DNA of 64,000 nucleotides. It comes from Tubulanus polymorphus. Taxonomy: Eukaryota; Animalia; Nemertea. The stretch spans positions 16,579,452 to 16,643,451 of the forward strand of contig NC_134032.1 of the NCBI RefSeq assembly GCF_964204645.1, written 5' to 3'. Of this stretch, positions 12,489-23,546 are shown piece after piece. Positions within the stretch are counted from its first letter, which is position 1; each line of letters begins with the position of its first letter. The notes under the pieces are model-generated. The model did no database searches, was not told where the DNA came from, and saw only the letters and a program-made list of their open reading frames with translations. The position numbers were made by a program, and so were the translations under genes.

Positions 12489-13830
12489 AGTACTTTTCAT
12501 TGGTCAGGACCAATGACGTCACACTGTCAGAATAACAACCCAGAGATGGTGAACAATTTCTCCGTCAAAAAGCAGAGAGATTTCACTGTTGAGGAATTCT
12601 CTGTGTTAATAATCATGACTTATCGTTTTAAGTTTATTTATCATAAGAGCTGATTGATAGCTTCAGTATAGGTTGAATGTAAATACACATTGTATATCTA
12701 TTAAAAAATAAATATGAATTGATGGTTTGATTGGCTGGTTTGTTGTTGAATCTGATTGTGGGTTATTAATTACTGATTTGCTGCGACTTAGCGTTTTGAG
12801 TGTAAATGTTTCAAGGGGCTTCTCTTGTCTCATTTTTTGAGGATGTCATTGGTTTAAATTCTAAAACAGGCTCACTGCGACTCTGCTTAGAGTACTCAGA
12901 CTCAGATAACTCTAAAGACTGTCTCGGACGCTTCCATTTACTTGCCTATTAAATGCAACTATCAACTTGCATTTTAAACACTGCCTCCACCATTAATGGT
13001 ATAATTTATGTGTCTTTTCGCAATTGTTTCTATGTGTACTACAAGTACTATAGGTGTCGCAGGTACTAACTCCGTCCGTAGTCGAGCTGTTTCTGATTGG
13101 TCCAGATGCTGAAACAGGCGATCAGCCGGGATGTCCCAGGTTTGAACCCAGTAATTACTGACACTGATCCAGAGTGGTCCTGATGATGAATAGAGGATGA
13201 ACAGGGGAGTCCCGGGTTCAACATTTTACCGTACGGTGCTGCCGCTATGCTCATCGTTAGCGGGATTTTGATACACTAACTATAGTCACCTCTGGCAATC
13301 GACATGTATACTCCATAACCCTAGGTTGCCAGAGTTGACTTACGTTAGTTTATGAAAATCCCGCTAACCATGAGCATAGCTGCAGCACCGTACGGTGAAA
13401 TGTTGATATCTTAACGAAAGTAATTACTGAGATGCAGATTTAGAGTGGTCCAATGCTGAATAGAGTATGTACAGGGGTGTCCCGGGTTCGAACCCAGTAA
13501 TTATTGATATTGATTCAGCGTGATTCTGATGCTGAATAGAGTATGTACGGGGGTGTCGAACCCAGTAACTACTGATATTGATTCCGAGTGGCCCTGATGC
13601 TGTATAGAGTATGTACAGGGGTTTCCCGGGTTAGAACCCAGTAACTACTGATTTCATCTATTGATTCAGAGTGGCCCTTGTGTGATCTGGTCCAGGTTCG
13701 AACTAAGCTAATAATTTCCAGACCAGAATCAGTAAGAATGGGTTTGAACCCAGAACTCCCTCGCTTATCCCATACTCAGCACCATCAGGATCACTGTTAA
13801 TCAGAAGCTACAGTAGAAAGAACCTAGGAC
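12489..13830 (+). repeat. Inverted, internally deleted copy of the 28.8-63.7 kb region
   Basis: Reverse-complement matches in collinear order: 12489-12545 to ~63645-63698; 12541-12570 to ~31927-31955; 12650-12830 to ~31400-31580; 12875-13066 to ~30170-30325; 13090-13830 to the 28830-30160 array. Confidence 0.85.
13219..13405. mobile_element. Palindromic MITE-like element inside the ~76-bp array
   Basis: Long terminal inverted repeats CCGTACGGTGCTGCCGCTATGCTCATCGTTAGCGGGATTTT ... AAAATCCCGCTAACCATGAGCATAGCTGCAGCACCGTACGG; further copies at 29279-29441 and 29803-29967. Confidence 0.8.
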
Positions 13831-14042
13831 AGCCCAACACAAAATGTCTAGAATTATGAGTCTAGATTTATTGATAAATGAATCTCTTGTTTCACAGCAC
13901 ATAATCATCTTCACAACAGCAAACAAAATACATGCAACATTAATAATAATCAATAAACTGAGTTCAAACTGCATCATTATATTAAGAGTTTGATTAAATA
14001 TGAAAATATGTTACATTCAAATAATTAAACAATTCATGAAAT

Positions 14043-17000
14043 TTATTGTGTTTTACATTCATTGTTTTCTTTATCGTTAACACTGACTTTAATAGACTTA
14101 GAATATCGCTCGCCTTTCTTTCTGACAGGTTCTTCAGAGACAGGCTGACCTGTGACAGGTTCTTCTGAGACAGACTGACCTGTGACAGGCTCTTCCGAGA
14201 CAGACTGACCTGTGACAGGCTCTTCCAAGACAGGCTGACCTGTGACAGGCTCTTCTGAGGCAGGACAGACTGTAACAGGATCACTAGTAGCAGACTCTGA
14301 GACAGCACAACCTGTAACAGGTTCCGTTACTGATTCATTTTTATCCACATCAGGAAGAGCAATTGAAACCTTTTTTGAAGAATTAATTGAAACCTTTTTT
14401 GATGAATTAATTGATTTAAGTAAATTACTTTTTGAGTTTTTTTTAGTAATGTATTTAGTAGAATCCGTATAATTGTAAGTGGTTAGAATGGACTGCGCTG
14501 GTGCTGTGTTTGAAGTCATGTTTCCAGGCGATTCCAGCTTCACAAACGACTCCACGAAATTCTCTTTATTTTCGACGGTTTTAACAGATTTTTCAGGGAT
14601 AGTCTGTGAAAAAACTTGCAGAGTTTGTTTCGGCAGGAATTGATCTAAAAATATAAAATACACAGAAACTGTTTTATACTGAAGAAAGGTCCGAAATATT
14701 TCGAGTATTTTTAATAAAGCTTTTAGTTATTAATTCAATATTTATTGTGGGATTTTGCTATAGGAGGAGGAGGAGGAGGAGGAGGAGGAGGAGGAGGAGG
14801 AGGAGGAGGAGGAGGAGGAGGAGGAGGAGGAGGAGGAGGAGGAGGAGGAGGAGGAGGAGGAGGAGGAGGCAGGGACAACACGAGGACACGATTCATCTAA
14901 TTCTATTTCGTACCTGGTTCATATTTCAGTTTTAATTCATCAATCTGTAGTTTCATTTTTCTGTTTGTTTTACGGATATTTTCCAGTTCAGTTTCTGTCA
15001 CGTAAAGTTTATGAGCCAAACTTTGACATTTATCGCTTTCACTCAGTTGTAACATTGATTTACTGTGTAATTCCTTCTTTATATTCTCCATTTCTAAACT
15101 AAAAAATACACAATATTGGCTACAAACGCTTCAATCTTTTGACGAAAGAATAAATAAGAGAATCTCTGCACCCCTTCACCCGTCAAACACTCCAACTATG
15201 TATCTATACTTACTCTTTACTTTTCAATTTCGCTTTCATGAAATCCATGTAATAACTATCAGATTTACTATTATTGCTGAACGCCTGATGGAAATTCACC
15301 ATATCATCAGTTCGACCAGTCTAAAGACAAGGAGAAAATACATATCATCAGTTCGACCAGTCTATAGACAAGGAGAAAATAAATATCATCAGTTCGACCA
15401 GTCTAAAGACAAGGAGAAAATACATATCATCAGTTCGACCAGTCTAAAGACAAGGAGAAAATACATATCATCAGTTCGACCAGTCTAAAGACAAGGAGAA
15501 AATACATATCATCAGTTCGACCAGTCTATAGACAAGGAGAGAATACATATCATCAGTTCGACCAGTTTATAGACAAGGAGAAAATACATATCATCAGTTC
15601 GACCAGTCTAAAGACAAGGAGAAAATACATATCATCAGTTCGACCAGTCTAAAGACAAGGAGAAAATACATATCATCAGTTCGACCAGTCTAAAGACAAG
15701 GAGAGAATACATATCATCAGTTCGACCAGTTTATAGACAAGGAGAAAATACATATCATCAGTTCGACCAGTCTAAAGACAAGGAGAAAATACATATCATC
15801 AGTTCGACCAGTCTAAAGACAAGGAGAAAATACATATCATCAGTTCGACCAGTCTAAAGACAAGGAGAAAATACATATCATCAGTTCGACCAGTCTAAAG
15901 ACAAGGAAAAAATACATATCATCAGTTCGACCAGTCTAAAGACAAGGAGAAAATACATATCATCAGTTCGACCAGTCTATAGACAAGGAGAAAATACATA
16001 TCATCAGTTCGACCAGTCTAAAGACAAGGAGAGAATACATATCATCAGTTCGACCAGTCTAAAGACAAGGAGAAAATACATATCATCAGTTCGACCAGTC
16101 TATAGACAAGGAGAAAATACATATCATCAGTTCGACCAGTCTAAAGACAAGGAGAGAATACATATCATCAGTTCGACCAGTCTAAAGACAAGGAGAAAAT
16201 ACATATCATCAGTTCGACCAGTCTAAAGACAAGGAGAAAATACATATCATCAGTTCGACCAGTCTATAGACAAGGAGAAAATACATATCATCAGTTCGAC
16301 CAGTCTAAAGACAAGGAGAAAATACATATCATCAGTTCGACCAGTCTAAAGACAAGGAGAAAATACATATCATCAGTTCGACCAGTCTATAGACAAGGAG
16401 AAAATACATATCATCAGTTCGACCAGTTTATAGACAAGGAGAAAATACATATCATCAGTTCGACCAGTCTAAAGACAAGGAGAAAATACATATCATCAGT
16501 TCGACCAGTTTATAGACAAGGAGAAAATACATATCATCAGTTCGACCAGTCTATAGACAAGGAGAAAATACATATCATCAGTTCGACCAGTCTATAGACA
16601 AGGAGAAAATACATATCATCAGTTCGACCAGTCTATAGACAAGGAGAAAATACATATCATCAGTTCGACCAGTCTATAGACAAGGAGAAAATACATATCA
16701 TCAGTTCGACCAGTCTAAAGACAAGGAGAAAATACATATCATCAGTTCGACCAGTCTAAAGACAAGGAGAAAATACATATCATCAGTTCGACCAGTCTAT
16801 AGACAAGGAGAGAATACATATCATCAGTTCGACCAGTCTATAGACAAGGAGAAAATACATATCATCAGTTCGACCAGTCTATAGACAAGGAGAAAATACA
16901 TATCATCAGTTCGACCAGTCTATAGACAAGGAGAAAATACATATCATCAGTTCGACCAGTCTAAAGACAAGGAGAAAATACATATCATCAGTTCGACCAG

Positions 17001-20000
17001 TCTAAAGACAAGGAGAAAATACATATCATCAGTTCGACCAGTCTAAAGACAAGGAGAAAATACATATCATCAGTTCGACCAGTCTATAGACAAGGAGAGA
17101 ATACATATCATCAGTTCGACCAGTCTATAGACAAGGAGAAAATACATATCATCAGTTCGACCAGTCTATAGACAAGGAGAAAATACATATCATCAGTTCG
17201 ACCAGTCTAAAGACAAGGAGAAAATACATATCATCAGTTCGACCAGTCTAAAGACAAGGAGAAAATACATATCATCAGTTCGACCAGTCTAAAGACAAGG
17301 AGAAAATACATATCATCAGTTCGACCAGTCTATAGACAAGGAGAAAATACATATCATCAGTTCGACCAGTTTATAGACAAGGAGAAAATACATATCATCA
17401 GTTCGACCAGTCTAAAGACAAGGAGAAAATACATATCATCAGTTCGACCAGTTTATAGACAAGGAGAAAATACATATCATCAGTTCGACCAGTCTATAGA
17501 CAAGGAGAAAATACATATCATCAGTTCGACCAGTCTATAGACAAGGAGAAAATACATATCATCAGTTCGACCAGTCTATAGACAAGGAGAAAATACATAT
17601 CATCAGTTCGACCAGTCTATAGACAAGGAGAAAATACATATCATCAGTTCGACCAGTCTAAAGACAAGGAGAAAATACATATCATCAGTTCGACCAGTCT
17701 AAAGACAAGGAGAAAATACATATCATCAGTTCGACCAGTCTAAAGACAAGGAGAAAATACATATCATCAGTTCGACCAGTCTATAGACAAGGAGAGAATA
17801 CATATCATCAGTTCGACCAGTCTAAAGACAAGGAGAAAATACATATCATCAGTTCGACCAGTCTATAGACAAGGAGAGAATACATATCATCAGTTCGACC
17901 AGTTTATAGACAAGGAGAAAATACATATCATCAGTTCGACCAGTCTATAGACAAGGAGAGAATACATATCATCAGTTCGACCAGTCTATAGACAAGGAGA
18001 AAATACATATCATCAGTTCGACCAGTCTAAAGACAAGGAGAGAATACATATCATCAGTTCGACCAGTCTAAAGACAAGGAGAAAATACATATCATCAGTT
18101 CGACCAGTCTAAAGACAAGGAGAAAATACATATCATCAGTTCGACTAGTCTATAGACAAGGAGAAAATACATATCATCAGTTCGACCAGTCTAAAGACAA
18201 GGAGAAAATACATATCATCAGTTCGACCAGTCTATAGACAAGGAGAAAATACATATCATCAGTTCGACCAGTCTATAGACAAGGAGAAAATACATATCAT
18301 CAGTTCGACCAGTCTAAAGACAAGGAGAAAATACATATCATCAGTTCGACCAGTCTAAAGACAAGGAGAAAATACATATCATCAGTTCGACCAGTCTATA
18401 GACAAGGAGAAAATACATATCATCAGTTCGATCAGTCTATAGACAAGGAGAAAATACATTTCATCTATCAAAAACGGAGCAATTCAACAAATCTAATCCA
18501 TAGAAACAAAGAAACTGGTTTTACAAATGTTCTATAAGTTGTGCAGTGGATTCCTTTCATTCCTCTTAACAAGTCAACTCAGAAAAACTGTTGTTGAAAT
18601 CAGTGCTCAATTATTGAGTCACATATCCATTCAAATTTAATATTTTTAACCGGTTTAATATTCGTTATTTGAGGGTAGCTGCCCTCTCCTTCAGGCTTCA
18701 CTCGTCAACCTCATCCGGCAACATTTCGCATCTATTTCATTACAGCCAGTTTCTGTTGAGCTCAGAGGAAAACACTAAAATACTTAACACAACATCAGAT
18801 CGTTTATTGTCAATTACAGTTTATAGTCATTAAAAAAAAACAAAATTGAATTATGATTATGTTTTCATTGTCAATAAATGTTCAATTTAAAAGAATACTC
18901 GGAAAACAACTAGTGTTAAATGTAGCTTTATCATATAGTTATTCCATATAGTAATTCAGGAATATTAACTAATGTTAAAACATAATAATGAGGTAAAATA
19001 TAGAACGATTAGATCGATTCAGTAATATGATGTGAACTAGGAGTCAGAGAATATATCACTGCAGCTCAACGTTTTATTTCAAACTGTTTTAAAGTGAATT
19101 TTTATCGAACCCGGACTCGGGAGTGTTTCATCGAAGAAATTATCATTTTCTGTGTTTAGCGATGATGTTGAATATTTGCGGGTAGTCGGTGAGACCGTGT
19201 ATCGGAGTCATGTCGTATTCAACATCGGGAACCGGTAAAATCTCAAACTTCTGAAGAATCGATGCTAAAAATACGAACAATTCAAACTTCGCTAGATTTT
19301 CACCGGGGCATTTCCTGATCCCGGCGCCGAACGGTAGAATTAAATTACACTTTTTACGATCTATTCGTCCGTCCGGGTTGAGAAATCTTTCAGGGCGGAA
19401 AACGTGCGGATCTTTCCAAACTGATTCATCTTGAGCGAGAGAATAGAGGTTGAGTAAGACGACCGTTCCTTTGGGAACGTCAAATCCACCGATTTTAGAA
19501 TCTCTAACAGCGGCGTGAGGAAGAGCTAGCGTCACCGGGGTTCGAATACGCATCACTTCTGTAATCGTCGCTTCTAGAAACGGTAATTTTGATTTATCAG
19601 AGACCTGAGCTTGAGAATCACCGAGAATATCGGATATCTCGTCGTAGATCTTCTGCTGTATGTCCGGGTGTTTAACCATATAGAGAAGTGTCCAGAGACT
19701 TACTGTGGCAGTCGTCTCAAAACCAGCCGTCAAAAACTCATAACACGTATAACCGAGTCTGGTTTTATCTACACCGCTTAACCCCGGCTTATCGTAATCC
19801 AACGCTAGGTAACTGTCTAAAATATCTCGAATATGATTGGCCGAGAATGTCTCTTCGTGATTGGCCAGAATTTCATCGCTGATTTCGTTCGATAATGACA
19901 TTACTTCGCGGATGGCGCTCGTTTTCCACGGCATGAAATATCGTAACCACGGCAACACGTCGACGGGATTGCCCGCACTGGCGAACTGGATGAATTCATT

Positions 20001-23000
20001 TGATCCGTCCATGATCCGTTTGAAGACTTTGTCGTCGTTCACGTCGTTCCCGCGACCGTAACACAGCTGATAGAGCACGCTACCAGCGGTCGTGAATATC
20101 TGCATCTTCGGACTGAACGGCTGTCCGTCGTGCCGTGAAATAGCGTTAACCAATCTCTCGGCTTCATCCGTTAATAAATCGTGGTTTTCATTGACGAAAC
20201 GATGAAGAGATTTAACGGCGACGTTCTTCATCAGACGCCACGTGTCGTCGTAGCGACCAGTTGACAATCCCTCATCGCGCAGCGTGAATAAATAAAACCC
20301 CGGTCGTCCGGCGAAATCATCGACCCTCGCGTTAGTTACCTCACGAATTAATTCATCACCGTTGACGACGATTGTTGGGAAACTGCCCAGACGGATGCGG
20401 AAAACGTCTCCGTATTTCGCGCGCATTTTCATGAATGTGAGATGCGCGTTTTTCCCAAGCGCGGGTAGGTGCCCGATAATCGGTAAGCCCCACGGGCCGG
20501 GTGGGAGATACCAACGGAAATATTCATTATAAATCAACCAGAGAATGTACGAACCAGAGAATAACAGGAATACATTTATAAACTGTAAATAATCGCAATC
20601 AGAGAATAACGACGACATTACAGCACCAGACACACACAATGTGTAGTGTCACCTATCAAACTATCTGCTCTTTGACTGGTGACCTAGTTTTATAAATCCG
20701 AGGTTGTTTAATGTTGTTATTCTTAGAAATCATGAACGACCCCAGTAGACATTAGTAAATACGATTGATTGCTCGGAATGCACGGGTTAAACAGGGTTCG
20801 TAAACTGGAATCCTGTTTCACTCCCAAAACTTATTTAAAATAAAAACTGACTTAATGACAAAATTAAACTGATTTAAGAGTTTTAAGAGTTACCACTGAG
20901 TTAAAGTTAGTTCATTTTCAATGTTTTAACCCAGGGACAAATCTTAACTCAGAACTGTGGAACTGGACCCTGGAGAGTGAGTATAGCAAACAATCAAGGG
21001 TTAAAAAACAACAATTAAAATGTTGCTCGATTTCTCCTGATTTGGTTGATTTTGAAAGTTTTACCAACCGTTTGTTTTTCGATGTGTTGCAATTTATTTG
21101 TAAGTTGTTCGACCTCTTCTCGAGAACGACTCAGTTGTTTTTCTAACCAATGTAAATGTGTCCGATCTACTTTAGATTCAGCCATATCCAACATTCCAAA
21201 CATTTGTAACTAAAATAAAACATTCATATCATTAAGCGGCAGCAGCAGCGGCGGCGGCAGCAGCAGCAGCAGCAGCAGGGTTGTACGGTTAAAACTACCG
21301 GTAGATAAACTATAGATTTTTCCAAGAGTTCACTGGAAAATTTCCAATATGCTACTGACCTTTAACTGATGCATTTGTTGCTGACTCATTTTTAATTGTT
21401 GCGTGACGCTTTCATTTTCAACGCGCAAATTGATAAATTCTTTTTCCACATTTAAACGTCGGTCTTCAACCTATCAGAGATTAGAGAAATATCGAGGAAA
21501 TTTAGACAAAAATATTATCAACTTCCTATAATGTCTTCATAACTAAAGATAGAATACTGGCTGTGGTTACTGAACAGTTGGTTCAAATGATTTGGTGGAT
21601 AAATGTTATAGTAACAAGTGGAATTACACCGGTTCAACAGAGAAAGTTCAACCAACTTCTGACTAAATTCAGCGCTGTTAAAGTTTATAAGTTAACACGT
21701 CACAAACAACTGGTCTCCAGTTTCCAGTATCAGCAGGCAAATGACGAGTTATTCAGAGATTTCTATTATCCATTTCAACGCCCAAAACTAAAAACTACCT
21801 CAGAAAATAATGAATTTCCTTTCTTTTTCAGATCGGTTTGTTCCATTTGAGCAGCATCTAACTGTATTTGTAAATCAATCATTTCTTCCTGAGTTTTCTA
21901 GAAAATTATATCAAATAAACACAATATAAAACTGATTGATGATCACATAGATGATTGAAGTACTCAGTTGTGTTGCGTTAAGTACAAACCTCTATAGTAT
22001 TCTGATATGAAACTATGGTACAATCCTTCTCTTCTATCGTTCCTTTTAATCTCTCAACTTTCTCTTCTAGATGTTGTTTATTCATTGATAACTGTTGATT
22101 TCTGTTGTTTATTTGTTGTATTTCATGTTCTAAATCGGCCTGAAATACAATGAAACATCCTCAACCCAAACATCCTCAACCCGAACATCCTCAACCCAAA
22201 CATCCTCAACCCAAACATCCTCCGCCCAAACATCCTCCACCCAAACATCCTCAACCCAAACATCCTCCACCCAAACATCCTCAACCCAAACATCCTCAAC
22301 CCAAACATCCTCAACCCACTCGGCGTCAATCACAGGATTATCAATACGTTATATGATGAACCTTGAATTGCCAGAGATTTATTTAAACCTATTCAGTTAC
22401 TGATCTAGTATTTGTGATGTTACTGGAAGAGGTCGATATTTTACCTTTATCTGATAAGCCGTTGATAGATCTGAATGTAGTTTTACCATTTCTTCGCTGA
22501 ATGTTTCATTTGAAATATTTTCCTGCTGTTGATTTTTCTCTTGTAAACTTTTAAACGATAAATTCACTTGTTCTAATTCAGTTTTCAGCTGTTTTTCAAT
22601 CAACGTCAGACGTTCAACTTCGGCTCGACTGTTCTCAAACTGAAATACATTACAATCAATGAGAATCCTCACTCGCCGCAGTACGACACTAAGCGACCCC
22701 TGGTGGTGGATTCCACAGTAAACGGTAAGTACCTTGTTTCTAATTTCAGTCAGTTTTCCTGATAATTCTATCTGCAATAACTCCTCTGATTTTTCCTTTT
22801 GTTTCGTTAATGATGATTTCAAATTCTCGATTTCCTCCAAATAATTCACTTCCATCGCAAATTTAGCTTCCAATTTCTTGTTTAGAGAAAATTTCTCCTG
22901 TTCCAATTCCTGTTAGAAACGACAGATTTGTTTAATACATTGTGACGACACGTTACTAAACAAACAAGGGCTTCACTACACTTAGTGATGTGAATTAGAA

Positions 23001-23332
23001 ATATGTAGTAGTTCAGCTGGATCCAGTTCCACAGTTGTGTGTTAGAGTTAACTCTGAGTTAAAGGTAGTTCATTTTCAATGAGTTAACTCTTAGTTAAAT
23101 CTGACTAAACTCAGAACTGTGGAACTGGATCCTGATAATTTAATAATAATTTAACTGTAGTATTTAATACCTCAATTTGTTTAATGTTTGTTAATCTCAT
23201 TTCTTCGAGTTGATTCTGTAATGTTCCATTTGCTTCTAATAAAGTTTTCCCGATCTGCGCAACTTTTATCACTTCATCCGACTTCTCTTCAAGTTCCGCT
23301 TCCAAAAGTTTTATCTTCTCGGTGTCCTCCAT
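14043..23332 (-). CDS. SPDL1: Protein Spindly (kinetochore dynein-dynactin adaptor), 10 coding exons, ~642 aa
   Basis: Exons (minus strand): 23332-23171, 22909-22733, 22639-22445, 22139-21990, 21897-21799, 21470-21360, 21209-21069, 15320-15214, 15098-14914, 14644-14043; total 1929 nt in frame. Coiled coil with CC1 box KVAQIG, EQEKFSL, Spindly box KGNSLFSEVEDRR, YYMDFMKAKL, DELKLKYEP and a C-terminal farnesylation CAAX motif CKTQ. The exon 7 donor and exon 8 acceptor are the least certain boundaries. A probable 5'UTR intron lies at ~23416-23546. Confidence 0.93.
14120..14330 (-). repeat. 30-bp coding repeat (EEPVTGQSVS) in the last Spindly exon
   Basis: About 7 increasingly degenerate in-frame 10-aa units in ORF 14043..14663. 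Confidence 0.85.
14762..14869. repeat. (GGA)n microsatellite in Spindly intron 9
   Basis: Pure AGG run; it produces the spurious poly-Arg ORF. Confidence 0.97.
15301..18460. repeat. 41-bp minisatellite, ~77 copies, spanning the Spindly intron 7/exon 8 boundary
   Basis: Unit ATATCATCAGTTCGACCAGTCTA(A/T)AGACAAGGAGA(A/G)AATAC, highly homogeneous over 3.16 kb. Confidence 0.97.
19143..20618 (-). CDS. Cytochrome P450, CYP1-like (clan 2), intronless, 491 aa, nested in Spindly intron 7
   Basis: First ATG at 20618 (the ORF track starts at an upstream TTG). TM anchor, PPGPWGLPIIG, YGDVFRIRLGS, DDFAGRP, SAGNPVDVLPWLRY, HIRDI, I-helix AGFETT, ExxR (EVMR), FRPERF, heme motif FGAGIRKCPG. AATAAA on minus at 19073-19078. 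Confidence 0.93.
   Translation of the reverse strand: MSSLFSDCDYLQFINVFLLFSGSYILWLIYNEYFRWYLPPGPWGLPIIGHLPALGKNAHLTFMKMRAKYGDVFRIRLGSFPTIVVNGDELIREVTNARVDDFAGRPGFYLFTLRDEGLSTGRYDDTWRLMKNVAVKSLHRFVNENHDLLTDEAERLVNAISRHDGQPFSPKMQIFTTAGSVLYQLCYGRGNDVNDDKVFKRIMDGSNEFIQFASAGNPVDVLPWLRYFMPWKTSAIREVMSLSNEISDEILANHEETFSANHIRDILDSYLALDYDKPGLSGVDKTRLGYTCYEFLTAGFETTATVSLWTLLYMVKHPDIQQKIYDEISDILGDSQAQVSDKSKLPFLEATITEVMRIRTPVTLALPHAAVRDSKIGGFDVPKGTVVLLNLYSLAQDESVWKDPHVFRPERFLNPDGRIDRKKCNLILPFGAGIRKCPGENLAKFELFVFLASILQKFEILPVPDVEYDMTPIHGLTDYPQIFNIIAKHRK
20688..20694 (-). promoter_or_regulatory. TATA box of the nested CYP1-like gene
   Basis: TATAAAA on the minus strand about 70 nt upstream of the ATG. Confidence 0.55.
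22152..22318. repeat. 15-bp minisatellite (AAACATCCTCAACCC) x~11 in Spindly intron 3
   Basis: Ends ~10 nt from the exon-4 acceptor; it explains the KHPQP/WVEDV/MFGLR ORFs. Confidence 0.95.
23019..23132. mobile_element. Short MITE in Spindly intron 1
   Basis: TIRs GGATCCAGTTCCACAGTT ... AACTGTGGAACTGGATCC; related degenerate copies at ~20806-20970 and ~53250-53318. Confidence 0.75.
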
Positions 23333-23546
23333 CTCTGCTTACCACCGCTGCTGCTGTCCGTCTGTGCTGGATGGGAGAAGGCCGGGTCCAGTTTTATCAA
23401 TCAGCCACTTTCTATCTGAAAAACAGCACCTGTGATCTTTTATAGAGGCGTTTCTCATTATGGTAGAGCTGTGCAGTGAGGGGTGAGAGCTGTGCGGTGT
23501 GAGGGGTGAGAGGGGTCGGTGTGAAGTTTAGGGGACGAAAACTCAC

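Noticed and set aside
14747-14935. Poly-Arg ORF
   Set aside because: (GGA)n microsatellite within Spindly intron 9.
15301-18460. CRISPR-like appearance of the 41-bp (and 35/38-bp, 32-bp) arrays
   Set aside because: Units are head-to-tail with no unique spacers, there are no cas genes, and the context is eukaryotic.
22123-22356. KHPQP / WVEDV / MFGLR repeat ORFs
   Set aside because: 15-bp intronic minisatellite; Spindly exons 3 and 4 join in frame without it.
23111-23332. Assignment as BICD/BICDR/HAP1-type adaptor
   Set aside because: The CC1 box is shared, but exon-by-exon similarity, GNSLFSEVEDRR, DELKLKYEP and the terminal CAAX identify Spindly.
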